In this document: in pieces, positions 29,954 to 40,337 of the stretch
Layout: each line of letters starts with the position of its first letter
How positions within the stretch are numbered: the first letter of the stretch is position 1
Virus record (IMG/VR): IMGVR_UViG_3300029349_000001
Span: 97,087-161,086 of that record
Strand: one strand, 5' to 3'
From: a virus
DNA length: 64,000 nt
Made by a program: the position numbers and the translations under genes
The notes under the pieces: generated by a model
The model's input: the letters and a program-made list of their open reading frames with translations, nothing else
Told to the model about the DNA's origin: nothing
Database searches by the model: none

Positions 29954-30510
29954 GATAGTATACCTATAGAGTTATATTCTTCGTGTGTTATATGATACTT
30001 GTGTTTTTCTAATAGTGCAATAGCTTTTGAAATCTCTTCGTTGTCAGACAGTATATTGTTTTCAAAAATAATTTTTGTGGGAAGGACTGGGGGATTATCG
30101 AAATAATCTAAAATGATGACGGCATCGTGTCCTTCTGTGTCTATTTTTAGTAGATCTAATTTTGATATTTGATATTTGGAGACTATCTCTGTTAGTCTTT
30201 TAACTTCTATATTCTGTTCTTTGATCAAAGACATAGGGAGGCCATACTCCATAAGAGTTTTTACCACGGTTGGGTGTTGACTATTAATAGAATTACATCC
30301 TCTAATCCAATCTGGTAGACCATATTGTACTATATCTGAATACTCTACATAGTATGCTGTCGCAGAACCATTGTAGTTGCTAATAGCAATATTCTCTTTT
30401 GTGCAATGAGCCGGTAGTTTGTCATAGTAGAATTTGATTGGTTCAATAAAAATTCCAGGTGTTATTCCTGCTAAGGTATCAAAATCGGATGTTCCTATTT
30501 CTATAATCAT
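29950..30510 (-). CDS. FkbM-family methyltransferase
   Basis: IEIGTSDFDT, IEP, LKIDTEGHD. Confidence 0.88.
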   Translation of the reverse strand: MIIEIGTSDFDTLAGITPGIFIEPIKFYYDKLPAHCTKENIAISNYNGSATAYYVEYSDIVQYGLPDWIRGCNSINSQHPTVVKTLMEYGLPMSLIKEQNIEVKRLTEIVSKYQISKLDLLKIDTEGHDAVIILDYFDNPPVLPTKIIFENNILSDNEEISKAIALLEKHKYHITHEEYNSIGILS

Positions 30511-30518
30511 AATATGTT

Positions 30519-31196
30519 TTATCTATAATTGTATATTACTGGTTGTGGGACTGTTCTAGATACAAAGTTTCTATATTTAAAGACCAACGGCTGAAAGATT
30601 CTACCAAGGATCTCATTCCATTCTATAGGATAGTTAGACCTAACTCCATGTGGCTGAATTCCTCCATGACCATTACCTTCGGAACATTCTTGTGGATGCG
30701 TTGCTGGAAATTGTTTGAGTAATTCTGTTTTTTGCTCTATTAGATTTTTAGCAGATTGATACCATTCTGTTGTTAGTGGTGTTTTAGGCTTACTAATGAA
30801 TCCTCCACAGCCTATGAGTATATTCCAATATTTTTTGTAGTCAATGTGGGCTATTTGGTGATAGCTAAATTCTGGATATCCGCATAGAATAATATTTTCT
30901 TTTTCTGTTTCTTGAAAAGCTTTACTCCAAGAACCAGTGGTTTGTTTGATGTCTGCGTATCCGCCTCCATGATAATGCATAAAATAAGCTCTTAGAAAAT
31001 CAGACTTATGAGTATCAGATAGGTATGGATATGCTAGTGGTAAAGGATCGGACTCCACTAAAAACTCTGACAGATTGTCTTTATTTATCAATACGACAGG
31101 ATACTGGGATACTTTTTCTAGTTGTAGTAGACTAGTTTTTCTATTTGGAGACATTTCATTATCTCCTGTCCAGAAAACAAAGATATGTTTATTCAT
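30519..31196 (-). CDS. GT32/capsular polysaccharide synthesis-like glycosyltransferase
   Basis: FWTG, HKSDFLR..HGGGYADIK. Confidence 0.82.
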   Translation of the reverse strand: MNKHIFVFWTGDNEMSPNRKTSLLQLEKVSQYPVVLINKDNLSEFLVESDPLPLAYPYLSDTHKSDFLRAYFMHYHGGGYADIKQTTGSWSKAFQETEKENIILCGYPEFSYHQIAHIDYKKYWNILIGCGGFISKPKTPLTTEWYQSAKNLIEQKTELLKQFPATHPQECSEGNGHGGIQPHGVRSNYPIEWNEILGRIFQPLVFKYRNFVSRTVPQPVIYNYR

Positions 31197-31200
31197 AAAA

Positions 31201-32049
31201 TTACTTTAAAAAAGATTGTCCAAATGTTACTAATTTCGGATTATAATGTTTATTGATGTAATCCCTATATCCTTTATGATCAATCAATTTATCAAATATG
31301 CTATAATCAAATGTAATATTGTCTATTATTTCTTTTGGTGTTTGAAAATATTCAAAGTTTAAAAAGTTAATATTGTTATCATATCTATTATTGATTTGTT
31401 CTTCATCAAAACCATACTTTATATGCTCATAATGCTTGTACCATAATTGTTTATGAACATAATAATTTGTATTTATCATTTGTAGATGTACTATGCCAAA
31501 ATTTTTAGTAGCCTGACTATTATTTAGATGTATACTTGGCGTTCTCCAAAAACTATGATGTTCCTTAGATGTTGTTAAAAAATTACCGCTAAATTTACAA
31601 GGAATGATAAATGGATGATAACATTGATTATAGTAGCCGTCACATCTAGTTTGTTCAAATGAATAGTTGATATGATTAAACCAATACATATATAAGTTAG
31701 TATTAGTGTTAGTCATATAATTTGTGATATCGTAAATATTGCTGTTTAAATTAGTAGATAGTAATTCATCAGCATCTAGACAAAAAACAAAATCAGCGCC
31801 CTCTTCTCTACTTAGGTCTAACATCATCTGACGACCCACACAGTGAGAATCATCATATTCTAAATCTGATTTATTTAAAACAACAGCCCTATCTCTGCCT
31901 AGTATTTTGTAGATAACGTCGCGTCCATTATCTGTGGAATGATCATCAAAAAAAATAAATTTATCAATATTGTATTGTGACCATATCGGCAACGTATGCT
32001 CAAACAACGGTGCTTCGTTTTGAAAGCTTGTATTAAAGTATATCTTCAT
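31201..32049 (-). CDS. GT2-like glycosyltransferase
   Basis: QNEA, DDHSTD, LDADE. Confidence 0.82.
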   Translation of the reverse strand: MKIYFNTSFQNEAPLFEHTLPIWSQYNIDKFIFFDDHSTDNGRDVIYKILGRDRAVVLNKSDLEYDDSHCVGRQMMLDLSREEGADFVFCLDADELLSTNLNSNIYDITNYMTNTNTNLYMYWFNHINYSFEQTRCDGYYNQCYHPFIIPCKFSGNFLTTSKEHHSFWRTPSIHLNNSQATKNFGIVHLQMINTNYYVHKQLWYKHYEHIKYGFDEEQINNRYDNNINFLNFEYFQTPKEIIDNITFDYSIFDKLIDHKGYRDYINKHYNPKLVTFGQSFLK

Positions 32050-32740
32050 ATAAATTGATGTTGTCTTTTTCTAATATAAAGTTTGTATAAGACATAGGTC
32101 CGTACTCTTCAACTCCTAGCACAACACCTTTTTCATCATAGGCTTGACCAATATGAAAGCAAGGAATTCTTTCTCCGCATTCTATTGGAAACGGGCGATT
32201 TTCATAAAAAGGATCATGTACGCAAGCACTATTGGCCACTCTAGGATAAATTACTTTGCCTAAAAAGTCTTGATCAATTTCATACCTATCTGTCTTATGA
32301 AAATTATTAATTAGTTCCATTATGTTAGACAGAATACCGTTTCGACATCCCCACATACCTCCCATAATTGGTCTAGCATGATATGGGTGGTCTCTCATAA
32401 TATGAAAAGACTGATCTGTAGATAGCCAGCTATTAACGGCACAAGCTTCTCTACTAGAAATTCTGGCATCAGCATCTCTACTCAGCATTATGTCCGCATC
32501 CGCAGCAGCATAAAATCTCCAGAACATACCTGTCCAATTAGGTTCTTGTCCTGTAATAATAATTTCATTAGATTCATATCTAGATAATTGATCAATAATA
32601 TCAACAGGCACATTATTAGCACAGTAAAATCTACTAATCCATCCGGGATAATAATACTTAGCCAAAATACTATTGTGTATAGCCCCAATAGTATATCTTG
32701 TATCATCTCCCCAAAGACTGTATGATATAACTTTTTTCAT
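32033..32740 (-). CDS. Putative glycosyltransferase
   Basis: ISYSLWG, MFWRF, SRDADAR, MRDHPYH, GGMWG, DQDFL. Confidence 0.7.
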   Translation of the reverse strand: MKKVISYSLWGDDTRYTIGAIHNSILAKYYYPGWISRFYCANNVPVDIIDQLSRYESNEIIITGQEPNWTGMFWRFYAAADADIMLSRDADARISSREACAVNSWLSTDQSFHIMRDHPYHARPIMGGMWGCRNGILSNIMELINNFHKTDRYEIDQDFLGKVIYPRVANSACVHDPFYENRPFPIECGERIPCFHIGQAYDEKGVVLGVEEYGPMSYTNFILEKDNINLYEDIL

Positions 32741-33030
32741 TGCTTAATAGAGGCTTCTTCACCACTCAATAGTGTTTTATTCAGTATGTCTATGGCAAAG
32801 TTCCTAATTTTAGATCGTTCCTCTTCGGTAAAACCCATATTTAGATCTGGCACCTTCTCTAAATCAAAATCAATAAAATGCTCCTTGCAAATTTTGTCAA
32901 TAAAAGCAATAGGAATATTTTTCTTGATCAGTCTAGTCTCTGTCAATATCTTTTCATATTGAAGCAATATATCTGCTTCTTCTTTATATTTAAATTTAAG
33001 TCGTAAATATAGCCAATGTAAAAATGTCAT
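32737..33030 (-). CDS. Hypothetical protein
   Basis: ORF. Confidence 0.55.
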   Translation of the reverse strand: MTFLHWLYLRLKFKYKEEADILLQYEKILTETRLIKKNIPIAFIDKICKEHFIDFDLEKVPDLNMGFTEEERSKIRNFAIDILNKTLLSGEEASIKQ

Positions 33031-33035
33031 AATAG

Positions 33036-33596
33036 TTATTTCTGATAAGTGTAAATATATATCTGATATGGAGACCAGATATCTTCAATAAGATTAGATA
33101 TAAATCCCCAATTACCTCCGGCCAGTCCGCTCCCGAATTTTGGAGCATGAATCTCCACGTTCTCGTTTTTCTGCAAAAAATCTGTTTGCTCTGCTATGTA
33201 CTTAGCTATTGATACCATGCATTTGGCCAGCGCTAAATAATTCAAGGGTCTTGGGTTGTTGGCAGACACTATACCATTTTGGGCGATCATATTAGCAAAT
33301 ATAAGCTTGTGTCTATACTTGGGTTCTTCGTACACCTTGAGGAATTGAGTATATCCCAGATTATTCTTTAGGAAGTTTTTTCCAAGCATATGATAGTCTG
33401 CTTTTACAGAAGGGAATTGTCGGGCCACTTGTCCAGCAAAACCAGCACCAAAAGCATCTACGTTATTACATACGTGTGGTACGATAACGGTACTACCATT
33501 CTCTTTAGAGTTTACTCTGTCTTTGACTACAGAAAAAATATCATGATTCGATGTTAGGTACGGCGGGAGCCTGTGTTTCTTTGTTTCGGTTTTCAT
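33036..33596 (-). CDS. Macro domain protein
   Basis: HVCNNVDAFGAGFA, ANMIAQ, HAPKFGSGLAGGNW. Confidence 0.88.
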   Translation of the reverse strand: MKTETKKHRLPPYLTSNHDIFSVVKDRVNSKENGSTVIVPHVCNNVDAFGAGFAGQVARQFPSVKADYHMLGKNFLKNNLGYTQFLKVYEEPKYRHKLIFANMIAQNGIVSANNPRPLNYLALAKCMVSIAKYIAEQTDFLQKNENVEIHAPKFGSGLAGGNWGFISNLIEDIWSPYQIYIYTYQK

Positions 33597-33859
33597 TATA
33601 TCAAATCCTTTCTCTTGGACCATTTATTGATAGGACACTCTTGGTCTGCCCAAGCCAATTTGTTAAGAAATCTTTTTTTATTACTAATAGCACATCCACA
33701 AACACCACATTCAGACTTGTGACTTAGGTACTTTTCACAACCTAAACATATTTTGTATCTGTCATCAATCTCTTGCTGTGTGCTTTTTGGAAAACCAGAA
33801 TATATGTGCCACCACAAAGAATTAAGAAATGTTTTGAGTTTTATCAATGTTATATTCAT
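33596..33859 (-). CDS. Cys-rich small protein
   Basis: RYKICLGC..CGVCGC..CPINKW. Confidence 0.7.
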   Translation of the reverse strand: MNITLIKLKTFLNSLWWHIYSGFPKSTQQEIDDRYKICLGCEKYLSHKSECGVCGCAISNKKRFLNKLAWADQECPINKWSKRKDLI

Positions 33860-34076
33860 TTTTTCTTTCTCTCAATGGCACAAGGGTATTGTCTTTATCT
33901 AAAGTATAAATATCTATATCATCAACTATAGAAGAAGAATTTAGCCACTTAATATTTCCTGTTTGAAGATCTATGCAATTTTTATCGCCATTGCTTTTGA
34001 AATCTGTCGTCAGTATATAGTACTTGTTTTGATAACGAAAGCACTGTCCGTGTTCAAGTTCTTCTAGGTATTTCAT
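33822..34076 (-). CDS. Hypothetical protein
   Basis: Start taken at MKYLEEL. Confidence 0.6.
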   Translation of the reverse strand: MKYLEELEHGQCFRYQNKYYILTTDFKSNGDKNCIDLQTGNIKWLNSSSIVDDIDIYTLDKDNTLVPLRERKNEYNIDKTQNIS

Positions 34077-34279
34077 TTGTTGTATTCTTCCCAATCTTCC
34101 CAAATCTCATCTTCTAGCATCGATTCTCGTTTTTGCTTCATCTCTTTCTTATGAGACTTGTTGGCTTGATGATTGAAGTAAGTCTCGTCATCCTTGCCGT
34201 TTTTGTTCCAACCTTTCTTACTCTTAAACTTCTCTCTTCTAAAATCCTTTCTATCAGAATCTTGTTCTGGCCTTGACAT
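34073..34279 (-). CDS. Small charged protein
   Basis: First ORF after the leftward promoter region. Confidence 0.6.
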   Translation of the reverse strand: MSRPEQDSDRKDFRREKFKSKKGWNKNGKDDETYFNHQANKSHKKEMKQKRESMLEDEIWEDWEEYNK

Positions 34280-34395
34280 AAATTAATACTTTTAACCTCT
34301 TATCATTAGGAAAACTGAATAATTGTTTAGATCCTTCTTAATCATAGTACCTCAAAAAAACTTGATGTCAAGACTCGTTATGGGTTTTTTGCGTC

Positions 34396-34424
34396 TTGAC
34401 TGGGCTAGTCAAGCTATTTATTAT
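34396..34424 (+). promoter_or_regulatory. Sigma70-type promoter of plus-strand glycan operon
   Basis: TTGACT-N17-TATTAT; contains inverted repeat CTTGAC..GTCAAG; divergent TTGACA near 34370. Confidence 0.7.
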
Positions 34425-34510
34425 TGTACAGGTTCCGGGATTTAATACTTTCTTATACAATACAATATACCTACAGCACTCAAACAACCAAGGCTAGGCA
34501 ATTTAATTTC

Positions 34511-36160
34511 ATGAGTAAAAATACAACCATAGTCACCGGAATATGGGACTTAAACAGAGGTGAGTTATCTGAGGGTTGGGGTAGAGGATTTAATCACTAT
34601 ATATCGCATTTTAAGAATTTGCTAGCGATAGATAATATTAATCTAGCCATTTTTATAGATCCAGAGTATGAAGATCTGGTATGGCAACATAGGAGTAGGG
34701 ATAATACTGTTGTATATCACCATACTAAAGACCAATTTAGCGGTGGCTTTTTTCCATTCTTTGATAAAATACAGCAAATAAGAACCAACCCACAATGGCT
34801 AAATCAAGTCGGCTGGCTACCAGAAAGCACACAGGCAAGGCTAGAGTGGTACAATCCTGTAGTTATGAGTAAAATGTTCCTACTGCATAACACTAAAGTA
34901 TTCAATCCTTTTGATTCTGACTATTATTTTTGGCTTGATGGAGGTATCACCAATACTGTTCATCCAGGATATTTTTCTCATGATAAAATTTTAGACAAAA
35001 TAGAATCTTTTGTTAATAAAATGCTATTTGTGTGTTTCCCATATGAAACAAACACAGAAATTCATGGCTTTGATATCAATGCTATGAAACAGTATGCTAG
35101 GTCTGATTCTGTAAACAGAGTGGCTAGAGGAGGATTCTTTGGTGGACATAAAGATTATATATCACCAGCTAATGATCTATACTATAGTTTACTAAATGAT
35201 ACATTGTCTTCTGGATATATGGGAACAGAAGAAAGTATATTTACTATTATGACCTATTTAGACCCAGACACCTACCAATTTGAGTCCATAAATCAAGACG
35301 GACTATTAGCCACCTTTTTTGAGAACGTCAAGAACAACACGACCACCAAACAAATTAAATCCAAAGCTAAATTACACAAAAATAATAATACCACACTTTA
35401 TATTAACACATTTAATTCTCCTGCACAATTACAAATGGTGCTAGATTCTTTTGAATTATTTGATAATAATTTCTTGAGTAAAACAGAAAAAGTACTTATT
35501 AATAATTCCACAAACGAAGAATTATTTTCAGACTATGATAGTATTTCTAAAAAATATGACTTTAGAGAAATACGCAAAGGCAACATGGGTATCTGTAGAG
35601 CCAGACAGTATGCTGCCGAAGAGTTTGCCAAATCTGGCAATAAATATATGTTGTTTTTTGAAGATGATATGCTATTGGACTTTAATACGTTTACTTGTCC
35701 TTTTGGCTTTAATAAAAAAATACGAGATCTATATAATGTAGTTCATAAAATTATGGACTTAGAAGAATATGACTTTCTCAAATTTAGTTTTAGTGAATTC
35801 TATGGCCACAATGGAGAACAGTGGAGTTGGCATAATGTACCAATGGATAGAAAAATAGAATATTTTGGAGATATTAATAAAAAACCATATACTAAATTTT
35901 CTGCAATCAAATCAATTAACGGAACCCCCTATGCGGAAGGAGAGGTTTACTACTCTAACTGGCCACATATTATATCACAAGAGGGCAATCAAAAGTGTTT
36001 TCTAGATACAAAGTGGGGCGCTCCGTTTGAACAAACATGGATGAGCCATATATACACACTAACTAGAGAATCCCAAGTTAGACCAGCGATCTTATTAGCA
36101 AGTCCAATCACTCACAACAGGGTCCATCACTATGACGGAAATGACAGAAAAGAAAACTGA
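34511..36160 (+). CDS. HtrL/YibB (WlaTC)-like glycosyltransferase fused to a GT2-like domain
   Basis: TIVTGIWD..NPFDSDYYFWLDGG..GGFFGG..EESI; second domain FFEDDM. Confidence 0.8.
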   Translation: MSKNTTIVTGIWDLNRGELSEGWGRGFNHYISHFKNLLAIDNINLAIFIDPEYEDLVWQHRSRDNTVVYHHTKDQFSGGFFPFFDKIQQIRTNPQWLNQVGWLPESTQARLEWYNPVVMSKMFLLHNTKVFNPFDSDYYFWLDGGITNTVHPGYFSHDKILDKIESFVNKMLFVCFPYETNTEIHGFDINAMKQYARSDSVNRVARGGFFGGHKDYISPANDLYYSLLNDTLSSGYMGTEESIFTIMTYLDPDTYQFESINQDGLLATFFENVKNNTTTKQIKSKAKLHKNNNTTLYINTFNSPAQLQMVLDSFELFDNNFLSKTEKVLINNSTNEELFSDYDSISKKYDFREIRKGNMGICRARQYAAEEFAKSGNKYMLFFEDDMLLDFNTFTCPFGFNKKIRDLYNVVHKIMDLEEYDFLKFSFSEFYGHNGEQWSWHNVPMDRKIEYFGDINKKPYTKFSAIKSINGTPYAEGEVYYSNWPHIISQEGNQKCFLDTKWGAPFEQTWMSHIYTLTRESQVRPAILLASPITHNRVHHYDGNDRKEN

Positions 36161-37415
36161 TACCGAAAACACCATCTTTATTCAGATAGCGTCTTATAGG
36201 GATCCTCAGTTGTTGCCTACAATTAAGGATATGCTTAGTAAAGCTAAATATCCAGAAAATTTAAGGATAGGCATAGCTTGGCAAAGATCTAAAGACGATA
36301 AATGGGATGATATAGATATTTATCTTGATGATCCTAGATTTAGGATCTTAGATATTCCATATACAGAAAGTCAGGGGGTCTGCTGGGCTAGAAATAAAGT
36401 TCAGTCATTATATAAGTCAGAAAAATATACACTACAATTAGACTCTCATCATAGATTTGCCGAGCATTGGGATGATATCTTAATTGATATGTTACAAGAT
36501 CTACAAAAGAATGGTAGCCCCAAGCCATTGATTACAGCTTACATACCTAGTTTTGATCCAGATAATGATCCAGCAGCCAGAGTTCAAGAACCATGGAAAA
36601 TGAATTTTGATAGATTCATACCAGAAGGTGCTGTGTTTTTCTTACCAGCTAATTTTGATACATGGGATGACAAGAGCAAGCCATTGCCTGCTAGATTTTA
36701 TAGTGCTCATTTTGCCTTTACGGTTGGTGAATTCTGTTTAGAAGTCCCACACGATCCGAACTACTATTTTCATGGTGAAGAAATTAGCATCGCTGTTAGA
36801 GCGTTTACACAAGGATATGACCTATATCATCCTAATAAAGTTGTATGTTGGCACGAATATACACGCAAAGGACGAACAAAGCAATGGGATGATGATAAAG
36901 AATGGGTTAGGCGTAATAACGAGTGTCATCTCAGAAATAGAAAATTATTCGGGATGGACGGAGAAGTTAATGACATAGATTTTGGACCATATGGATTTGG
37001 TTCTGTAAGAACACTCAGAGACTATGAAAGATATGCTGGACTTAGTTTTTCTCGTAGAGCAATTCAAAAGCACGTATTAGAACACAAATCTCCACCAGAC
37101 CCTCTACAAAATGTACCAGATGAGGAATTTGATGCTGGCTTCTTAAAGATATTTAAGCACTGTATAGATATAGCATATCATCAAGTGCCAGAAAATGATT
37201 ATGATTTTTGGGCTGTGGCTTTTAAAGATAAAAATGGCAACGATATCTATAGAAAAGATGCTGATAAAGACGAAATTATAAGAATGAAGAATGATCCAGA
37301 CGGATATTGTAAGGTATGGAGGGAATTCCAGACTGACCAAAATCCTTCTAGTTGGATTGTATGGCCGCATAGCATCAGCAAGGGTTGGGCTGACCCAATA
37401 ACAGGGAACTTATAA
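36132..37415 (+). CDS. GT60 (Skp1 Gnt1-like) polypeptide GlcNAc transferase
   Basis: IFIQIASYRDP, AKYPENL, GVCWAR, QLDSHHRF, FHGEE, H-Y-R. Confidence 0.85.
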   Translation: MTEMTEKKTDTENTIFIQIASYRDPQLLPTIKDMLSKAKYPENLRIGIAWQRSKDDKWDDIDIYLDDPRFRILDIPYTESQGVCWARNKVQSLYKSEKYTLQLDSHHRFAEHWDDILIDMLQDLQKNGSPKPLITAYIPSFDPDNDPAARVQEPWKMNFDRFIPEGAVFFLPANFDTWDDKSKPLPARFYSAHFAFTVGEFCLEVPHDPNYYFHGEEISIAVRAFTQGYDLYHPNKVVCWHEYTRKGRTKQWDDDKEWVRRNNECHLRNRKLFGMDGEVNDIDFGPYGFGSVRTLRDYERYAGLSFSRRAIQKHVLEHKSPPDPLQNVPDEEFDAGFLKIFKHCIDIAYHQVPENDYDFWAVAFKDKNGNDIYRKDADKDEIIRMKNDPDGYCKVWREFQTDQNPSSWIVWPHSISKGWADPITGNL

Positions 37416-37966
37416 TGCCAGGAAATTGGGGATATCTTACTAATGATATGAGGGAATATGTTACCAATACATATCCTAAAGATTGGTCTGTTCTAGATAT
37501 AGGTTGTGGACACGGACACTATGCCAAGCTTTTAAAACATCATTTTTCTGTCAAGAATTTTGATGGTATTGAAGTATGGGAGCCGTATATCCAAGAATAT
37601 AATTTAAACAATCTTTATACTAATATTTATAATGTTAATATTTTAAATTTTAATTTTGATTATTATGATTTAATTATTATGGGAGATGTACTTGAGCATT
37701 TATCTAGGGATGACGGTGTTAATCTTATTAATAAATTAGCTAGTAAATGCACAGAACTATTAGTTATAGTCCCATACTATCTGCCTCAAGATATAGTAAA
37801 CGATAATGTATACGAGGTTCATTTGCAGCCTGATTTAGATGATAATATAATGTCTCAATATTATCCTAGCTTAGAGTTAATTAACTATAACAACAAAAAT
37901 TTTAAGATAAAGATTGATGTTGGAGACAAAACATACTATTACTGTGCCTTTAGGAAAAAGAAATGA
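37415..37966 (+). CDS. Class I SAM methyltransferase
   Basis: VLDIGCGHG, GDVLEHL. Confidence 0.9.
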   Translation: MPGNWGYLTNDMREYVTNTYPKDWSVLDIGCGHGHYAKLLKHHFSVKNFDGIEVWEPYIQEYNLNNLYTNIYNVNILNFNFDYYDLIIMGDVLEHLSRDDGVNLINKLASKCTELLVIVPYYLPQDIVNDNVYEVHLQPDLDDNIMSQYYPSLELINYNNKNFKIKIDVGDKTYYYCAFRKKK

Positions 37967-38757
37967 AACCTATATACTTTACAACATTGAGTTTGGGAGA
38001 AAATTATACCAGAGACTATACATGTAAATTAGTAGATGAGGTATTAACAAAAACCAATCATTTTTTTGCTATAACTACAGATTGTCCTAGTCTTATTATG
38101 GAGAAATATGGTACGAATAATAGGATACTTATGGATGTAATATCCAGAGATGATTTTAGGATTAGACTACCTATAGGCAGTCCAGACGGACCCGCTAGTG
38201 ATTTTAATTTTAATATGAGGTATCGATGCCTAGAACAATTAGTTAAATTGGAACATGACTTTAATGTAATTTGGACAGACTGTGACAATTCTTTAGAGTG
38301 GTGGGATGAGAATGAAATACAGGGATTTTTTAACACTGTTTTATCTCAAGGATATGATTTCCTGGCGCCTCGTAATGAATACAAATTCAAATCATTCTTA
38401 GCAGACTATCATTCAAAGAACAATCCTTTTCATGGTATTTTTTGGCATAAATTATTTAATTATGATCTTATTAATAATCCCAAACCAGAATGGGATGACG
38501 CTTCTTTACCAGCAGAATATATGTTAGTTTTTCTAAATTCTAAAAAGCTAAAACAATTTTATGTACAGTTTAAGTGGTTTCATGATTATCTATCTGCGCT
38601 TCCTTTTACACAAGGAACATGGGCCGAAGGTTTTGAAATAGGAGTATCTGCTCTGGTGGCAGGCTATGTTCCTTATGAACTTGGTTGGAATCATCATATT
38701 ATGAGCAGGGCTATTAAGGCTAATGGTCATAAGATTGGACACCCCACAGAAAGATAA
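37963..38757 (+). CDS. Putative glycosyltransferase
   Basis: ITTD, FNFNMR, WTDCD (DxD). Confidence 0.55.
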   Translation: MKPIYFTTLSLGENYTRDYTCKLVDEVLTKTNHFFAITTDCPSLIMEKYGTNNRILMDVISRDDFRIRLPIGSPDGPASDFNFNMRYRCLEQLVKLEHDFNVIWTDCDNSLEWWDENEIQGFFNTVLSQGYDFLAPRNEYKFKSFLADYHSKNNPFHGIFWHKLFNYDLINNPKPEWDDASLPAEYMLVFLNSKKLKQFYVQFKWFHDYLSALPFTQGTWAEGFEIGVSALVAGYVPYELGWNHHIMSRAIKANGHKIGHPTER

Positions 38758-38760
38758 TTT

Positions 38761-39645
38761 ATGGGAGCCAAATTACGTTTTTATTTTCAGCCGCCTTTTA
38801 GTGGATGGATGCCCACCACCATATATCAAAATCTGTTTAATCACTATTTATCTATCTATGGAGATGCTGTTGTAGCAGATAATACAAGTATTAGTTACAA
38901 TAATAATTATGGTCATAGAGATGGACCACATCATCTTATTATTGAAAATGAACAAACGAAACACTACAAAGTAGTAACTTATTGGGACAGAGCATGTGAG
39001 TTACTAAATGATAATTGTGAGTGGGATAACTCAAAATGTTTAGGCATTTATTCGGCGGTAGATGCCAAATCTTATGATGGCATTATACCATCATCATATT
39101 GTGTTTATCATCAAGAGATAGAAAAAACTATTAATAGTATTAATACAGACTTTCAAAAGAAAATATATGATAACTTAATTTTTAGAGGATTTTTATATTC
39201 TAGTAGATTTTTATTAGACAGCATTGCTAATAGTTCATCAAAAACATTAAAAATTCATAGTGACCGTCTCTCTTATGTTGACTATACGAATGAAATTAAT
39301 GCTCATAAAATCGGTTTAAGTTTGGATGGAGCAGCCGAAATATGCAATAGAGATATTGAGATTTTAGGAGTAGGATCGGTTCTTTTGAGACCAAAATTAA
39401 TTTCTACAGGCTTTCATAACCCACTCATTCCAGAGTTTCATTATGTGTCTTTTGAAACATCTAATGACCCCAAAGCACAACTAGAGATAATAACAGAAAA
39501 ACATAGGATGCTACTCAAAGACATAGACTATATGATTTATGTTGCCATGAATGGACGAGACTGGTATAATGTGAATGGTAGTTGTCGAGGTAACGTACAA
39601 GTACTATCAGAAATTTTAAATATTGAAGAATTGATGAATATATGA
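38761..39645 (+). CDS. GT-B-like glycosyltransferase
   Basis: FRG..IGLSLDGAAEICNRDIEI..NPLIPEFHYV. Confidence 0.65.
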   Translation: MGAKLRFYFQPPFSGWMPTTIYQNLFNHYLSIYGDAVVADNTSISYNNNYGHRDGPHHLIIENEQTKHYKVVTYWDRACELLNDNCEWDNSKCLGIYSAVDAKSYDGIIPSSYCVYHQEIEKTINSINTDFQKKIYDNLIFRGFLYSSRFLLDSIANSSSKTLKIHSDRLSYVDYTNEINAHKIGLSLDGAAEICNRDIEILGVGSVLLRPKLISTGFHNPLIPEFHYVSFETSNDPKAQLEIITEKHRMLLKDIDYMIYVAMNGRDWYNVNGSCRGNVQVLSEILNIEELMNI

Positions 39646-40334
39646 ATACATTTCAAAAGTTAAATAAGCTATTGCTAGATTTTAAGATCGATAAAAGATA
39701 CTGGTCATACGATAGTCTAACTGGAGAAGACTACGATATACGCAGATCCAAACCCGCTCCATTCATCAAAAAAACTATAGAGATAGCCAAATTATTGAAT
39801 TTACAAACGGTTGTAGAGATTGGGTCTACTAGATTATCATCCAGTCAAAAATGTATCGATTACTACGATAGTGTACCTATAGATCCCTACATATCACCCC
39901 CTTGTTGCTGTGATGGACACGCAACCTTTTTCTGGACTAGGGCCGGATTTACTGTACACACCGTAGATATAGACCCAAACTGCTTAAATGGCGTAAACTG
40001 GTGCTATTCAAACATTGGAGAACAGCCGCCACCAAATCTTAATGTTCATATACCACAAGACGGTATATCGTTTCTGAAAAATTTTAATTCAAATATAGAT
40101 GTTCTGTATTTAGACGGGTGGGACAAAGGGACTCCTAATTTTGCGGAAAATCATTTAGAAGCATATTTTGCAGCAAAAGATAAATTATCTAATATTCATC
40201 TCATCCTAATCGATGATACAGATTTTGTAACTCAAGACGGAGGTAAAGACAAACTATTATCTCCACTATTAGTTAACGAGGGATATACTTTGCTATTCAA
40301 TGGTAGACAAACACTTTTTTTACATAGGATATAG
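39642..40334 (+). CDS. Class I SAM methyltransferase (Methyltransf_24-like)
   Basis: VVEIGS, VDID, IDVLYLDG, ILIDD. Confidence 0.8.
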   Translation: MNTFQKLNKLLLDFKIDKRYWSYDSLTGEDYDIRRSKPAPFIKKTIEIAKLLNLQTVVEIGSTRLSSSQKCIDYYDSVPIDPYISPPCCCDGHATFFWTRAGFTVHTVDIDPNCLNGVNWCYSNIGEQPPPNLNVHIPQDGISFLKNFNSNIDVLYLDGWDKGTPNFAENHLEAYFAAKDKLSNIHLILIDDTDFVTQDGGKDKLLSPLLVNEGYTLLFNGRQTLFLHRI

Positions 40335-40337
40335 ACC

